Source: a virus (lineage: Duplodnaviria; Caudoviricetes). Taken from it: DNA of 59,398 nucleotides. Position numbers and translations under genes: made by a program. Every line of letters starts with the position of its first letter. The stretch's first letter is position 1. Positions 19,052 to 28,102 of this stretch are shown piece after piece. The DNA lies in the IMG/VR virus record IMGVR_UViG_3300005254_000005, positions 1-59,398 of that record; one strand, written 5' to 3'. The notes below the pieces were generated by a model. The model was not told the origin of the DNA. It saw only the letters and a program-made list of their open reading frames with translations, and searched no databases.

Positions 19052-22000
19052 CGAAAACCAGCCTGAAATCATCTGGGCGCCACAGGAAGGAAGCCAGGAG
19101 CTTTTCCTTTCCTGCCCGGTTTATGAGGTCCTCTATGAGGGGACTCGCGGGTGCCAGAAAACCGATTCGCTCCTGATGGATTTCGCCCAGGACACCGGTC
19201 AGGGATACGGAAGGGCGTGGCGGGGGATCATTTTCAGGAGGACCTACAAACAACTTGACGACCTTATCGAACGCGCGAAACACTGGTTTTACAGAATATT
19301 TCCGGGAATCCGATACAACGAAGCGAAATATGTATGGACCTGGCCGGATGGGGAACAGCTGCTGTTTAGGCATATGCTCAATATTTCGGACTATGAAAAC
19401 TATCACGGGCATGAATATTCAAGCTATCATAAATGTTTGGTTGAATATTCAAACGGAAAAAAGGTGGAAGCAAGACATGTTAAGGTTGGGGATGTGATCC
19501 AAACGCTTGATGGTCCGCATCGCGTCCTAAAGGTATTCCATTATAAGAAGCACGCGATTGAACTTTCATTGTTCGATTCGCATTCGAATTTAATCGGTCG
19601 GCAGCTTCAGGGGATATTGCACCCTGTTTTGACCACCGCCGGATGGCAGCGTTTAGGCTTGTCCTGTTTGTCTCAAATTTCGCCGCAATCTTCGTCATGG
19701 GAACCCCTATCGAAAGAAGTTGAAAAATTTCTCCTTGGAATTCATCGAGAAATAATAGCTTCTTTCTATTTGATGCTGCAGAATCCTCTGGACGGTTCCA
19801 TCTCGCGATTGAATCAAGTACAGTTTTCATCCTTACGCCAAATTTTGAACCAATTGCGCGATACGTCATACCGTTATGACGCATTTCCAGGATCTGTTCT
19901 CTGTAGGGGTCAAGATAATGAGCAGGTTTTTGCTTCCGAGCCAAATACGGAAAACGCCTTCTCATCGTCCCAATCGAACAGCCAAAATGTTCAGCAACTT
20001 GCTTCATTGTGTGCGTCTTCAACAAATCTCTTACTATGGATTCATCAAGTTCGTGCTCGTCTGATCCAATCCATTTTATCTCGTGGTTTTGGCAGATGTT
20101 CTTCACGGTTGAGACTGAAATCCCTGTTCGGTCCGCAATCATTTTTCGAGATACAGAGTAATTTTTTGCAGCCTTTCTTATCGTCTCTATCAATGCAGGG
20201 TCAAATTGCTTGGAATGATACCTTCTCATGTGCTCAGTTTTTGAGGCAAGAAGCGCTAAGTTCTCTGGACAATTGTCAGCACGAATATGATTCAAATGAT
20301 GGCATTCTTCTTCGGGTTTTAGGAACCGACCAATTTTCTTTTCCATCAAGAAACGATGTTCAAGAACCTTCCCGTGCGAGTCTGCGTAAGGATGTTCACG
20401 ACACAAAACAGACCTGTAACCATCGTGGAAATAATTCGAACGCCTATACCCATCCTTACACCCATGAATTTTGTCAAACAACTGTGCCATTGAAACCATA
20501 TTGTTTTTCTGTTCGAGCATTGCCTGGATCTCCTATACCAATGGTTGACTTCATGATTGAAAAATCCAACCATTATATAACACACTTAATGCCCAATAAT
20601 CAAGGGCAAAATGGTAGTAATTCTATTCAAGTAGTAAACAGTAATTCTTATATCGCCTTCGAAGAACTCACCAACTGGCCCGACGACAAATGCTACGAAA
20701 CCATGAAGGCCTGCTGCCGATCCAGCCGCCCCAATATGCCCCGAAAATATCGCGCAAATACAAATCCTTGGGGGGTGGGACGATGCGTTCCTTTCGGTGA
20801 AGTTTTAACGCCTGACGGATGGAAAGATATTCGAGATTTCTCAGTAGGAGACGAAGTGTTCACGGTCACCGAAGGAAGGTGGCTAAAAAAAACTAAAGTC
20901 GACCAGATGCATGCTGAAGACTTTGAAGGCTATCTTTGCAATGTTGGCATTAGAGGCCTTTCAATGCATTGCACCGAGGATCATAGCGTGGTTGCCCTGC
21001 CTACGCCAAAAAAACATCCAGATCACATTAAGCTTTATCCTTTCAGTGAACTTCCTGGCCAAGCATACATTTTGAAATGCGTTAGATATATGCCCGAAGT
21101 AACTCTTGATTACTTCGTAGTCCCCACAATAAAAACTCGAAAAAGAAGGATCAAGCAACCAAGCCAAATTCCCTACAAATACTATGCGGAACTCATGGGA
21201 TGGTGGCTTAGCGAAGGCTGTTGCGTAGATCGAGACAAGGCTTTCGTTATCACTCAAGTAAACATCGAAGGCCAACGGCAAATCGAAAATCTCCTGCAAC
21301 GTTGTGGATTTAAATATTCTAAAGTAGGCAAAAACTTTACTTGCTATGCTCCGGATTGGTGGGCTTACTTAAAACAATTTGGAAAATGTTATGCCAAATT
21401 CATCCCCAAGCCACTAAAGGAAAGCCATTGCTTGAAGCCCCTGTTTAATGCCTTGGTAGATGGGGATGGACACTGGGTTATCCCTGGACGATCGGGACAT
21501 TTCTATTCTACTTCCCTTAAACTTATTGATGATTTTTCGGAAATTGCCATTAAACTTGGTTTTGCTGTGTCCCACACTTCTCGCCTGAGGAGCGATAGGA
21601 CAAGAAGGGGCTATTGCGTTCTTTTCAAAACTTTAAAAACTAATTCATGCCAAGTTCTCACGGGAAATCATCGATATAACGTTGCTACGAAAAACGCAAG
21701 AAATGCAAATACACAAAAATATTGGTTTAGGGGTAAAATTTATTGCCTTGGGATTAAAGACACCAATACCTTTCTTTTAAGGCAGAATGGTTCGGTTTGG
21801 GTTAGTGGAAACTCGTGGGTCAAACGCTACTTCATCGATCCGGCGCCTCCCGGCGCCATTATGACGAACAAACAAGGCGAGCAACGCGTGCGTATCCACG
21901 GCACGATCTATGAGAACAAGGCCCTCATGCAGGCCGATCCCGATTACGTCAAGCGCCTCGAATCCATCAAAGACGTCAATAAACGCAAAGCCTGGCTGTT

Positions 22001-22718
22001 CGGCGACTGGAACGTCGCATCCGGAGGCCCGCTTGAGGATTATTGGGACGAAGCGACCCATGTTGTCGAGCCATTTAAGATCCCCTTTTCCTGGTACGTG
22101 GATCGATCCTTTGATTGGGGGTCTGCAAAGCCCTTTTCGGTCGGTTGGTGGGCGCAAAGCGATGGATGTGAGGTAACCCTTACGGGTGGGACAAAGAGAA
22201 CATTTCCGCGGGGTACGCTGTTTCATATCTATGAGATGTATGGGTGGAACGGGAATGAAAATGAGGGATGCAACAAGCTGGCCACCAAAATTGCCGAGGA
22301 GATCAAGGAGGCCGAAGCATCGGAGGATTTCAAGAAGATTGCTGGAGACAACATTGTCCATATCGGACCCGCGGATTCTGCCATCTTCGACGAAGTAAAT
22401 GGCATGTGTATTGCCAAAGACATGAAGCGAAAAGGAGTGACTTGGGCAAAGGCAAAAAAAGGGCCTGGCAGCCGGAGACAGGGCCTTGAAAAGCTGCGTC
22501 GCTACCTGGACAATGCCACCAAATTTCCCATGGAGGAGCCCGGCCTGTTCATATTCTCCAATTGCAGGCATTTTATCCGGACAGTTCCTTCCCTGCCGAG
22601 GAGTATAACCAATGTCGAGGATGTCGATACCAATGCCGAAGATCACGCATATGATAGTTGCCGTTATCGCCTGACCGCTAAACGTTACATAAATCGTCAA
22701 CAGGAAAAATATAGATGA
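19035..22718 (+). CDS. terL: Terminase large subunit precursor with two inteins (about 475 aa after splicing)
   Basis: Walker A-like YEGTRGCQKT, spliced Walker B YHGHEY/SYIAFEELT, ANTNPWGVGR/SWVKRYF, nuclease DRSFDWG and EDHAYDSCRY. Confidence 0.93.
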   Translation: MNCMNDENQPEIIWAPQEGSQELFLSCPVYEVLYEGTRGCQKTDSLLMDFAQDTGQGYGRAWRGIIFRRTYKQLDDLIERAKHWFYRIFPGIRYNEAKYVWTWPDGEQLLFRHMLNISDYENYHGHEYSSYHKCLVEYSNGKKVEARHVKVGDVIQTLDGPHRVLKVFHYKKHAIELSLFDSHSNLIGRQLQGILHPVLTTAGWQRLGLSCLSQISPQSSSWEPLSKEVEKFLLGIHREIIASFYLMLQNPLDGSISRLNQVQFSSLRQILNQLRDTSYRYDAFPGSVLCRGQDNEQVFASEPNTENAFSSSQSNSQNVQQLASLCASSTNLLLWIHQVRARLIQSILSRGFGRCSSRLRLKSLFGPQSFFEIQSNFLQPFLSSLSMQGQIAWNDTFSCAQFLRQEALSSLDNCQHEYDSNDGILLRVLGTDQFSFPSRNDVQEPSRASLRKDVHDTKQTCNHRGNNSNAYTHPYTHEFCQTTVPLKPYCFSVRALPGSPIPMVDFMIEKSNHYITHLMPNNQGQNGSNSIQVVNSNSYIAFEELTNWPDDKCYETMKACCRSSRPNMPRKYRANTNPWGVGRCVPFGEVLTPDGWKDIRDFSVGDEVFTVTEGRWLKKTKVDQMHAEDFEGYLCNVGIRGLSMHCTEDHSVVALPTPKKHPDHIKLYPFSELPGQAYILKCVRYMPEVTLDYFVVPTIKTRKRRIKQPSQIPYKYYAELMGWWLSEGCCVDRDKAFVITQVNIEGQRQIENLLQRCGFKYSKVGKNFTCYAPDWWAYLKQFGKCYAKFIPKPLKESHCLKPLFNALVDGDGHWVIPGRSGHFYSTSLKLIDDFSEIAIKLGFAVSHTSRLRSDRTRRGYCVLFKTLKTNSCQVLTGNHRYNVATKNARNANTQKYWFRGKIYCLGIKDTNTFLLRQNGSVWVSGNSWVKRYFIDPAPPGAIMTNKQGEQRVRIHGTIYENKALMQADPDYVKRLESIKDVNKRKAWLFGDWNVASGGPLEDYWDEATHVVEPFKIPFSWYVDRSFDWGSAKPFSVGWWAQSDGCEVTLTGGTKRTFPRGTLFHIYEMYGWNGNENEGCNKLATKIAEEIKEAEASEDFKKIAGDNIVHIGPADSAIFDEVNGMCIAKDMKRKGVTWAKAKKGPGSRRQGLEKLRRYLDNATKFPMEEPGLFIFSNCRHFIRTVPSLPRSITNVEDVDTNAEDHAYDSCRYRLTAKRYINRQQEKYR
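19419..20645 (+). mobile_element. Intein 1 (409 aa) in TerL, hosting an antisense HNH gene
   Basis: Block A SSYHKCLVEYSNG, VKVGDVIQT, block B LHPVLTTAGW, block F MVDFMIEKSNHYIT, end VVNSN/S; removal restores the Walker B region. Confidence 0.85.
19480..20520 (-). CDS. HNH endonuclease with four C-terminal HTH-like modules, nested antisense inside intein 1
   Basis: GKVLEHRFLMEKKIGRFLKPEEECHHLNHIRADNCPENL HNH signature; AGGAGA 8 nt before ATG. Confidence 0.88.
   Translation of the reverse strand: MLEQKNNMVSMAQLFDKIHGCKDGYRRSNYFHDGYRSVLCREHPYADSHGKVLEHRFLMEKKIGRFLKPEEECHHLNHIRADNCPENLALLASKTEHMRRYHSKQFDPALIETIRKAAKNYSVSRKMIADRTGISVSTVKNICQNHEIKWIGSDEHELDESIVRDLLKTHTMKQVAEHFGCSIGTMRRRFPYLARKQKPAHYLDPYREQILEMRHNGMTYRAIGSKFGVRMKTVLDSIARWNRPEDSAASNRKKLLFLDEFQGEIFQLLSIGVPMTKIAAKFETNRTSLNAAIRRWSKQGAISPEAADRLNSNANRTMKVQSRASYNGIPLGRDADHQAFGSHPQP
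20784..21812 (+). mobile_element. Intein 2 (343 aa) with LAGLIDADG endonuclease
   Basis: CVPFGEVLTPDGW start, CTEDH block B, LMGWWLSEG and FNALVDGDG helices, IYCL...VWVSGN/S end. Confidence 0.92.
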
Positions 22719-22729
22719 GGAGAGATGCC

Positions 22730-24142
22730 ATGGCTATGACAAAAGAAGAGCTGCTCAAAACGAACAAGGTTTACGACGGCATGAAAGAACACTGGGAATT
22801 CTACAAAGCGGCCTACGAGGGCACAAAGGCCCTGATTGAATGGGGCGTCCTCCGTCAATTCGAAGACGACGTTGAAAATTACAAGGCGAGGAAAAAAGCG
22901 GCCTTCGGCTTCAATTATTCCCGCAGGATCATTAATGTCATTTCGGACTTTCTGAGCGAGGTGCCTTTCCTTGAAGACCATGGTCCGATTAAGAATTCTG
23001 AATCATGGATATTGTTTCTGTCGGATTGCGATTTGTTCGGAACAAATTGGAATAACTATTGGAGCCACAAGAGACGGTGGGTCAGCATTTTCGGCAGCTA
23101 CGGAATCCTTGTGGATAAGGCAAAGTCTGCATATGATAACGTGGATGAGGAAATCAAACGCGGAATTTACCCCTACATGGCCTCCTACTCTCCACTCCAC
23201 ATCCTTGACTGGAAGTATCAAAGAAACCAGGTGACAAATCGGCCGGAACTCACTTATTTAAAACTGTATGATGATGATGGCACGGTTCGAATATGGACAC
23301 CAAAAAATTGGGAGGCCTGGAAGATTCCTGAAAAAGAAGATGAGGAACCGTCTCGAGTAGGTGGAGCGTCGCATTCCTTGAGCGGCATACCGTTCGTGTG
23401 GATGGGGAATGGCGGCAACAAGGCAAACGTAGCGATGAATCTATCCGGTATCTCAGATATCGCCATGATTGACGCCTCTATGATAAGGGACGCAAGCAAT
23501 TCCGATGAAATCATCACGAATGCGGCATTCCCGATGCTGGCCCTGCCGAAAGAAGCGGAAACTGAGAGTGGAAACAATAGGGAAGTTAAGGTCGGCGCAT
23601 CCCGCATTATTGATTTTGATCCCGATAACAGTGGAGCAAAGCCCTTTTGGATGGAATCGAAAGTCCTCGATTCCATCACGGCCATCATCAAGCTTTGGGA
23701 GAAAAAAAGTGATGAGATGTACGCCATGGCCAACCTCAGCACCTTGAGGGAGATCGCCAAATCCAAGGAGAGGCGAAGCGGAGATTCGATGAAAGAAACC
23801 TTCCGTTTCCTGAATGCTGCGCTGGCTGAAAAGGTGGACAACGAAATAGAGGCGAGGCTTCTTTGCATTAAATATTGGATGGAATGGCAGGGCCTGGAAA
23901 ATCAATTCAGGGAAGTCACCGTATCCCACGAGAAAAAATTCAACGTGGAGAAGCTGATCCTCACCATTAAAGACGCCATGGAGGCAGGAGAGGCGGTTGA
24001 TTCAGATACGTTTAAGGCCGAGATCCAGAAGCTGGTCACCAAAAGGACCCTGCCAAACCTGACGGGCAATAAAATGGTTGAGATAGAAAATGAGATAAAT
24101 CAGAAATTGGGCGTTAAGGAAAAGAACGCCGCTGAAGGATAA
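22730..24142 (+). CDS. Portal protein
   Basis: About 470 aa after TerL; FNYSRRII, YSPLHILDW, GIPFVW, AAFPMLALP motifs. Confidence 0.85.
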   Translation: MAMTKEELLKTNKVYDGMKEHWEFYKAAYEGTKALIEWGVLRQFEDDVENYKARKKAAFGFNYSRRIINVISDFLSEVPFLEDHGPIKNSESWILFLSDCDLFGTNWNNYWSHKRRWVSIFGSYGILVDKAKSAYDNVDEEIKRGIYPYMASYSPLHILDWKYQRNQVTNRPELTYLKLYDDDGTVRIWTPKNWEAWKIPEKEDEEPSRVGGASHSLSGIPFVWMGNGGNKANVAMNLSGISDIAMIDASMIRDASNSDEIITNAAFPMLALPKEAETESGNNREVKVGASRIIDFDPDNSGAKPFWMESKVLDSITAIIKLWEKKSDEMYAMANLSTLREIAKSKERRSGDSMKETFRFLNAALAEKVDNEIEARLLCIKYWMEWQGLENQFREVTVSHEKKFNVEKLILTIKDAMEAGEAVDSDTFKAEIQKLVTKRTLPNLTGNKMVEIENEINQKLGVKEKNAAEG

Positions 24143-24166
24143 TCGGATCCGGGTACGGCAAATCAA

Positions 24167-24613
24167 TCAGCAGTCATGAAAACCCGTCTCAGGCATCTCC
24201 ATCCACGGCTTTAAACAGGGAATTTCCTCCACCTTCCTGCATTTGAGAGGGAATTCCCGTTTTTTATGACCACGCACCCACAGGGCTAAGGTCCAATCCT
24301 CCTCCCCGCCCGGCAACATGTCGCATTGCTGAATCGTCATATGGATGGCGTAGGGGGAATCGGAGAAATCCTCAAATAGAAGCTCGACGGCGTCCGATAC
24401 GTCTCTTTTAATCCACGGACCCCGGGAGAGGATCACGTAGGCGACGCCGTTCAGCTCTTTCAAGATCCCTTGTTGGCTGTCGGGGATGAGGAGGCGGGCG
24501 CAGCCGGCATCGGTGGAAAGATAAAAATAGCCGTTTTTGGCGTATTCTGAGTCAAAGAAGTTCGTTTTTGCGATACCAGGACCTTTATTTATTATTTCGA
24601 GAATGGGGGTCAT
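24167..24613 (-). CDS. Hypothetical phage protein
   Basis: 148 aa ORF with AAGGA RBS. Confidence 0.65.
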   Translation of the reverse strand: MTPILEIINKGPGIAKTNFFDSEYAKNGYFYLSTDAGCARLLIPDSQQGILKELNGVAYVILSRGPWIKRDVSDAVELLFEDFSDSPYAIHMTIQQCDMLPGGEEDWTLALWVRGHKKREFPLKCRKVEEIPCLKPWMEMPETGFHDC

Positions 24614-24878
24614 TCCTTAACCTTTCATGTAAATGCCGGCCCAAATGCCTTTCAATAATATCCGCTAGGTTCAACCGTTCATTCCAATCATTATCGCCGA
24701 AATGATCACAGACGTCACGCAGGCTTGTTATCGCCGCTTCGCGCTCGATAATCCATGAAGCTTTTTTCGCTTCAGGGTCTTCGTAACCTAAATTTTTCAG
24801 ACACTCCAACAGCATTAATCTCCATGCGGACCGAGATCCGTCAATATACTTCTGTTCTTCTTGTTCGATCGCGTCCAT
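24585..24878 (-). CDS. Hypothetical protein
   Basis: Co-oriented ORF in early operon. Confidence 0.55.
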   Translation of the reverse strand: MDAIEQEEQKYIDGSRSAWRLMLLECLKNLGYEDPEAKKASWIIEREAAITSLRDVCDHFGDNDWNERLNLADIIERHLGRHLHERLRNDPHSRNNK

Positions 24879-25186
24879 CCTTATTTCCTCGAATCATTGT
24901 GTATTTTATGGTCTTCCTCGTTGAGTACTTATCCCGAGATTGATTAGATTGATCGGTCAACAATAATCACAGCTTTCGCCGCAATCAGCGCAAAACCCTT
25001 TCCCGTCTTCCGCCGGCTTTCCTGATAGTTTTCTAAGATTTTCAGTGAAAACTATGATTGCAATTTGTATTTCATCGGTCCAATGGGGTGCGCCATCTAT
25101 TCCATGCACTGAAAATTGCGCTTGTGCCTCACCTTCCTCGTAAACTTCAATACATAAGCGTCCGATCATCGTATTTCCCTTCCGAG

Positions 25187-25633
25187 CTATTTCTCATCTA
25201 AAGCACGGCACACAATCGTTTTAATTCTCTCCTTAAATTCCTGAGACATAATCTTATCATCCGGCATTTCAGCAATCAACTGAAAAAACGACAACATGGC
25301 GAACGATGCCGAAATAATCCTTGCCGTCACCACATCCGGCACATACGCAATCGTGCTGCCGTCCTCTTCAAATACCCGATACCAGCCTTGCATGGGCTTG
25401 TGCTGGAATTTCTCGATTTGTTTTATTTCGATGATTTCGCCGGTATTGGGGTTGATGAGTTGAGTTGTTTCAGGCTGATTCTCGCAATACTCTGCAATCC
25501 ATTTCTCACTTCGCGGTTCTGGACAACCACAATGCTCCTCGCAAGTTATACACCAAAAAGGACATTTCTCGTTTTCGCAATTATTTGGCATGGTAGGATA
25601 TTTCCTAAAATGATTTTCGGTTTGCTTAAGCAT
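25187..25633 (-). CDS. Hypothetical Cys-rich protein
   Basis: GGAGG RBS; Cys cluster. Confidence 0.55.
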   Translation of the reverse strand: MLKQTENHFRKYPTMPNNCENEKCPFWCITCEEHCGCPEPRSEKWIAEYCENQPETTQLINPNTGEIIEIKQIEKFQHKPMQGWYRVFEEDGSTIAYVPDVVTARIISASFAMLSFFQLIAEMPDDKIMSQEFKERIKTIVCRALDEK

Positions 25634-25655
25634 GGATATCCTCCTTTGTAAGTTT

Positions 25656-25985
25656 TCAAACCCCCGGACAATAAGCTATTCTCTTCCCCAACAGTCTAGC
25701 CTTTTCAACCTCCCATTTGATGCCGACGCTTTGATCCCATCCTTCTATCATCCCTACCCAAAGTTCATCCGCCCATTCCAGCCACGCGGCATTTTGTTCC
25801 TGCCAAAAATCATGCTTACCGGGCAGGCTGCAGCGAGTGGCAATAGGATGAGAATGGGCAATCGGCGAGAACACGATGTGGCCCTGGAGCATGATTTCTC
25901 CTGCGAGTCGACAGGCTTTTTGAAAGCGGCGATGTTGAATTGTGGGTTGGGTGTGAGTGTATGGCGTGGCGAGATAAATTTTCAT
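25656..25985 (-). CDS. DUF1937 / nucleoside deoxyribosyltransferase-like protein
   Basis: IYLATPY, VFSPIAHSH, GWDQSVGIKWE motifs. Confidence 0.8.
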   Translation of the reverse strand: MKIYLATPYTHTQPTIQHRRFQKACRLAGEIMLQGHIVFSPIAHSHPIATRCSLPGKHDFWQEQNAAWLEWADELWVGMIEGWDQSVGIKWEVEKARLLGKRIAYCPGV

Positions 25986-26443
25986 GGCAGGTCCTCCGGG
26001 GAAACCCTCAAATTATCCATTTCAAGATGCCCCCGGAAGATGCCTAATGGAGCAAAGTCGCATTTCGGAATGAACCGGTTGGCCTCCTTTTCAGCGGCTT
26101 CATCCCGGGCAAGCCGTAGGGCCTCCTCAGCATCGCGTGCGTAGACATGGGCGAGATACGTCTCATTGTCCTTGCCCGTGATATAGCCAGGATAAAGAAG
26201 TAGCACGGAGAACGGCAGGATCCTTTCACCCGGCTCCAGGACCTCCCATGTGCCGATCCTGAGATTAAGACCGCACTCGCCACAAATAACATTTCCATGA
26301 GGGTCCGTGTCTCCGCATTCCTCCCGGAGACTTTCCTCCCGGGTGATCTCGCCGGCATCGTTGATGGTGACCAGGTATGAACAGAGATCGTGAGTATCGG
26401 ATTTGAGCTCGAAGGTATCGCAACCACATTGTGAGCAGTTCAT
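25982..26443 (-). CDS. Zn-ribbon hypothetical protein
   Basis: CxxC...CxxC; FSVLLLYP..ETYLAHV. Confidence 0.6.
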   Translation of the reverse strand: MNCSQCGCDTFELKSDTHDLCSYLVTINDAGEITREESLREECGDTDPHGNVICGECGLNLRIGTWEVLEPGERILPFSVLLLYPGYITGKDNETYLAHVYARDAEEALRLARDEAAEKEANRFIPKCDFAPLGIFRGHLEMDNLRVSPEDLP

Positions 26444-26670
26444 GATTTCCCTCCTTTTGCGCTTTTAAGGGCCCGCTCCAATTCAACCAATCGATGGGCC
26501 ACGTTCGCCGCCCCTTTCAAGTACATGAACACGGCGACCAATGAACCGTCGCGATCGTACAAGGCGAACGCACGGCTATCATGTGGCTCTACTGTGTATC
26601 CTGTTCCCTCTGTCGCCTGTTGCTGCCGCTTGGTTTGCCGTCTCGGGTAAAATTTATAACGATGGTTCAT
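26440..26670 (-). CDS. Small hypothetical protein
   Basis: Coupled to neighbours; AGGAG RBS. Confidence 0.55.
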   Translation of the reverse strand: MNHRYKFYPRRQTKRQQQATEGTGYTVEPHDSRAFALYDRDGSLVAVFMYLKGAANVAHRLVELERALKSAKGGKS

Positions 26671-28102
26671 CGCAAATCTCCTTTACGTGCAGATTTCAAA
26701 GATCAGAGTCGTATCAATTCCATACCTGTATTGACCATGACTCGTATTAACCCGGATTTGAGTTTCCCGGTAGATGAAAACCTCCTTGACCATCAGGCCG
26801 TTGAGGTAAACCATGGCCTTGTCGTTCGATGCGATCAGGGGAAGGAGGGCTTCAGGGATATCGCTGAATTTAATGGATTGGCACATGAGGTTGTCCTTTC
26901 TTCCCTATACAATCGTTCTGGTTCCGCACTCCGAGCACTCAACTCTATAGGCTCCCAGTAGACCTGTAACCCGGCAGTCCCTGCTCAATTGCGTGTCCGA
27001 GTGTATTGTTTCTTTCTTGCAGTATTCGCAGTAGCTTGGGAAAAACTCATCGAGGCGATCATATTCAACTTCGTTATTACCCAATTTTATCATAGTTCTT
27101 TTCCTTGAGTATAATTTCGTCAAGTAGATCAACCCCGTATCGCCCAAGGATCCTCTCCAAATTCTGCTTTTGATGGATCGCAATCCAGAGGGGATCCTTT
27201 GGTCGTGAAGAAAACCTTTCGGGGTAATCAACGTCTTCTGCAACCGGCTTAAATGGCATAGGGGCTCCTTTCACCAAAGAGATTTCCCTTCCTCATCACA
27301 TTCCACGATTTCAAACCTGTCTTCCGGAGACATGAATCGACACTGACGAAGCTCTGCCTCTGCGTCTGCAATATTATGGTGTATCTCAACCTCCTCGGAC
27401 TCGATGTGCATCCAGCTGTCGATTTGGTAATGCTTTTCATTGCTGTTTCGATTCATTGTTCGCTTCCCTTGCTCTTCTTTTCAAGGTCTTTGGTATCCTG
27501 GACAGCCTTCAAAGCCGAACAGACATCATCACATTGTACGACCGCGACTGTCGGCAGGTACTGGAGGCCGTGGCCCTTTTTCTGGCCGCGCACGAGGACC
27601 TGCGCCCTGAGCCCTGGTTGAATCTCAATCTCGTCTTGGTTTGTGGTGTAATCCTGAAGACAGAGATAAATAGAACGCTGGTTTGAGTTGAGGCATTTGT
27701 TGAGTGCATCTCTTATCCTATCTTCCATTCAATTCGGCTCCATTTATTAATATTTATTTCGCGCACCCCGTTTCTGTCCCTTCCTCCTGCTTTTACGGTA
27801 GGGTTGATTCCCCTTCCCGTCGGGTCCTGGCAGCGAACCCACACTCTCCCTGCCAGAGGAGAATTATGGGTTTAGATCTCGACCACGGCGACAGGCAGTC
27901 ATTCACTGACGGATGCGCGAAATTTAAAATATTGTTGACCATGACCCCGGAGTTGCTTTAAATGCCAAGCTGCAATTTTTCTATAAAAAGCCTTACACGT
28001 AGAACCTTGCCCGTTAAATGGAATCCTTCGAAACCTTTCACCAATGCAAAGATCATAAATTTCAGCAGCAACCTTGTTGATTTCGGAATTATTCATGCAT
28101 CC

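Noticed and set aside
20961-21299. Antisense ORF inside intein 2
   Set aside because: Short, no motifs; the plus frame already encodes the LAGLIDADG domain
21777-22700. 307-aa antisense ORF over the TerL nuclease domain
   Set aside because: No recognisable motifs; typical shadow of a GC-rich coding strand, unlike the HNH ORF
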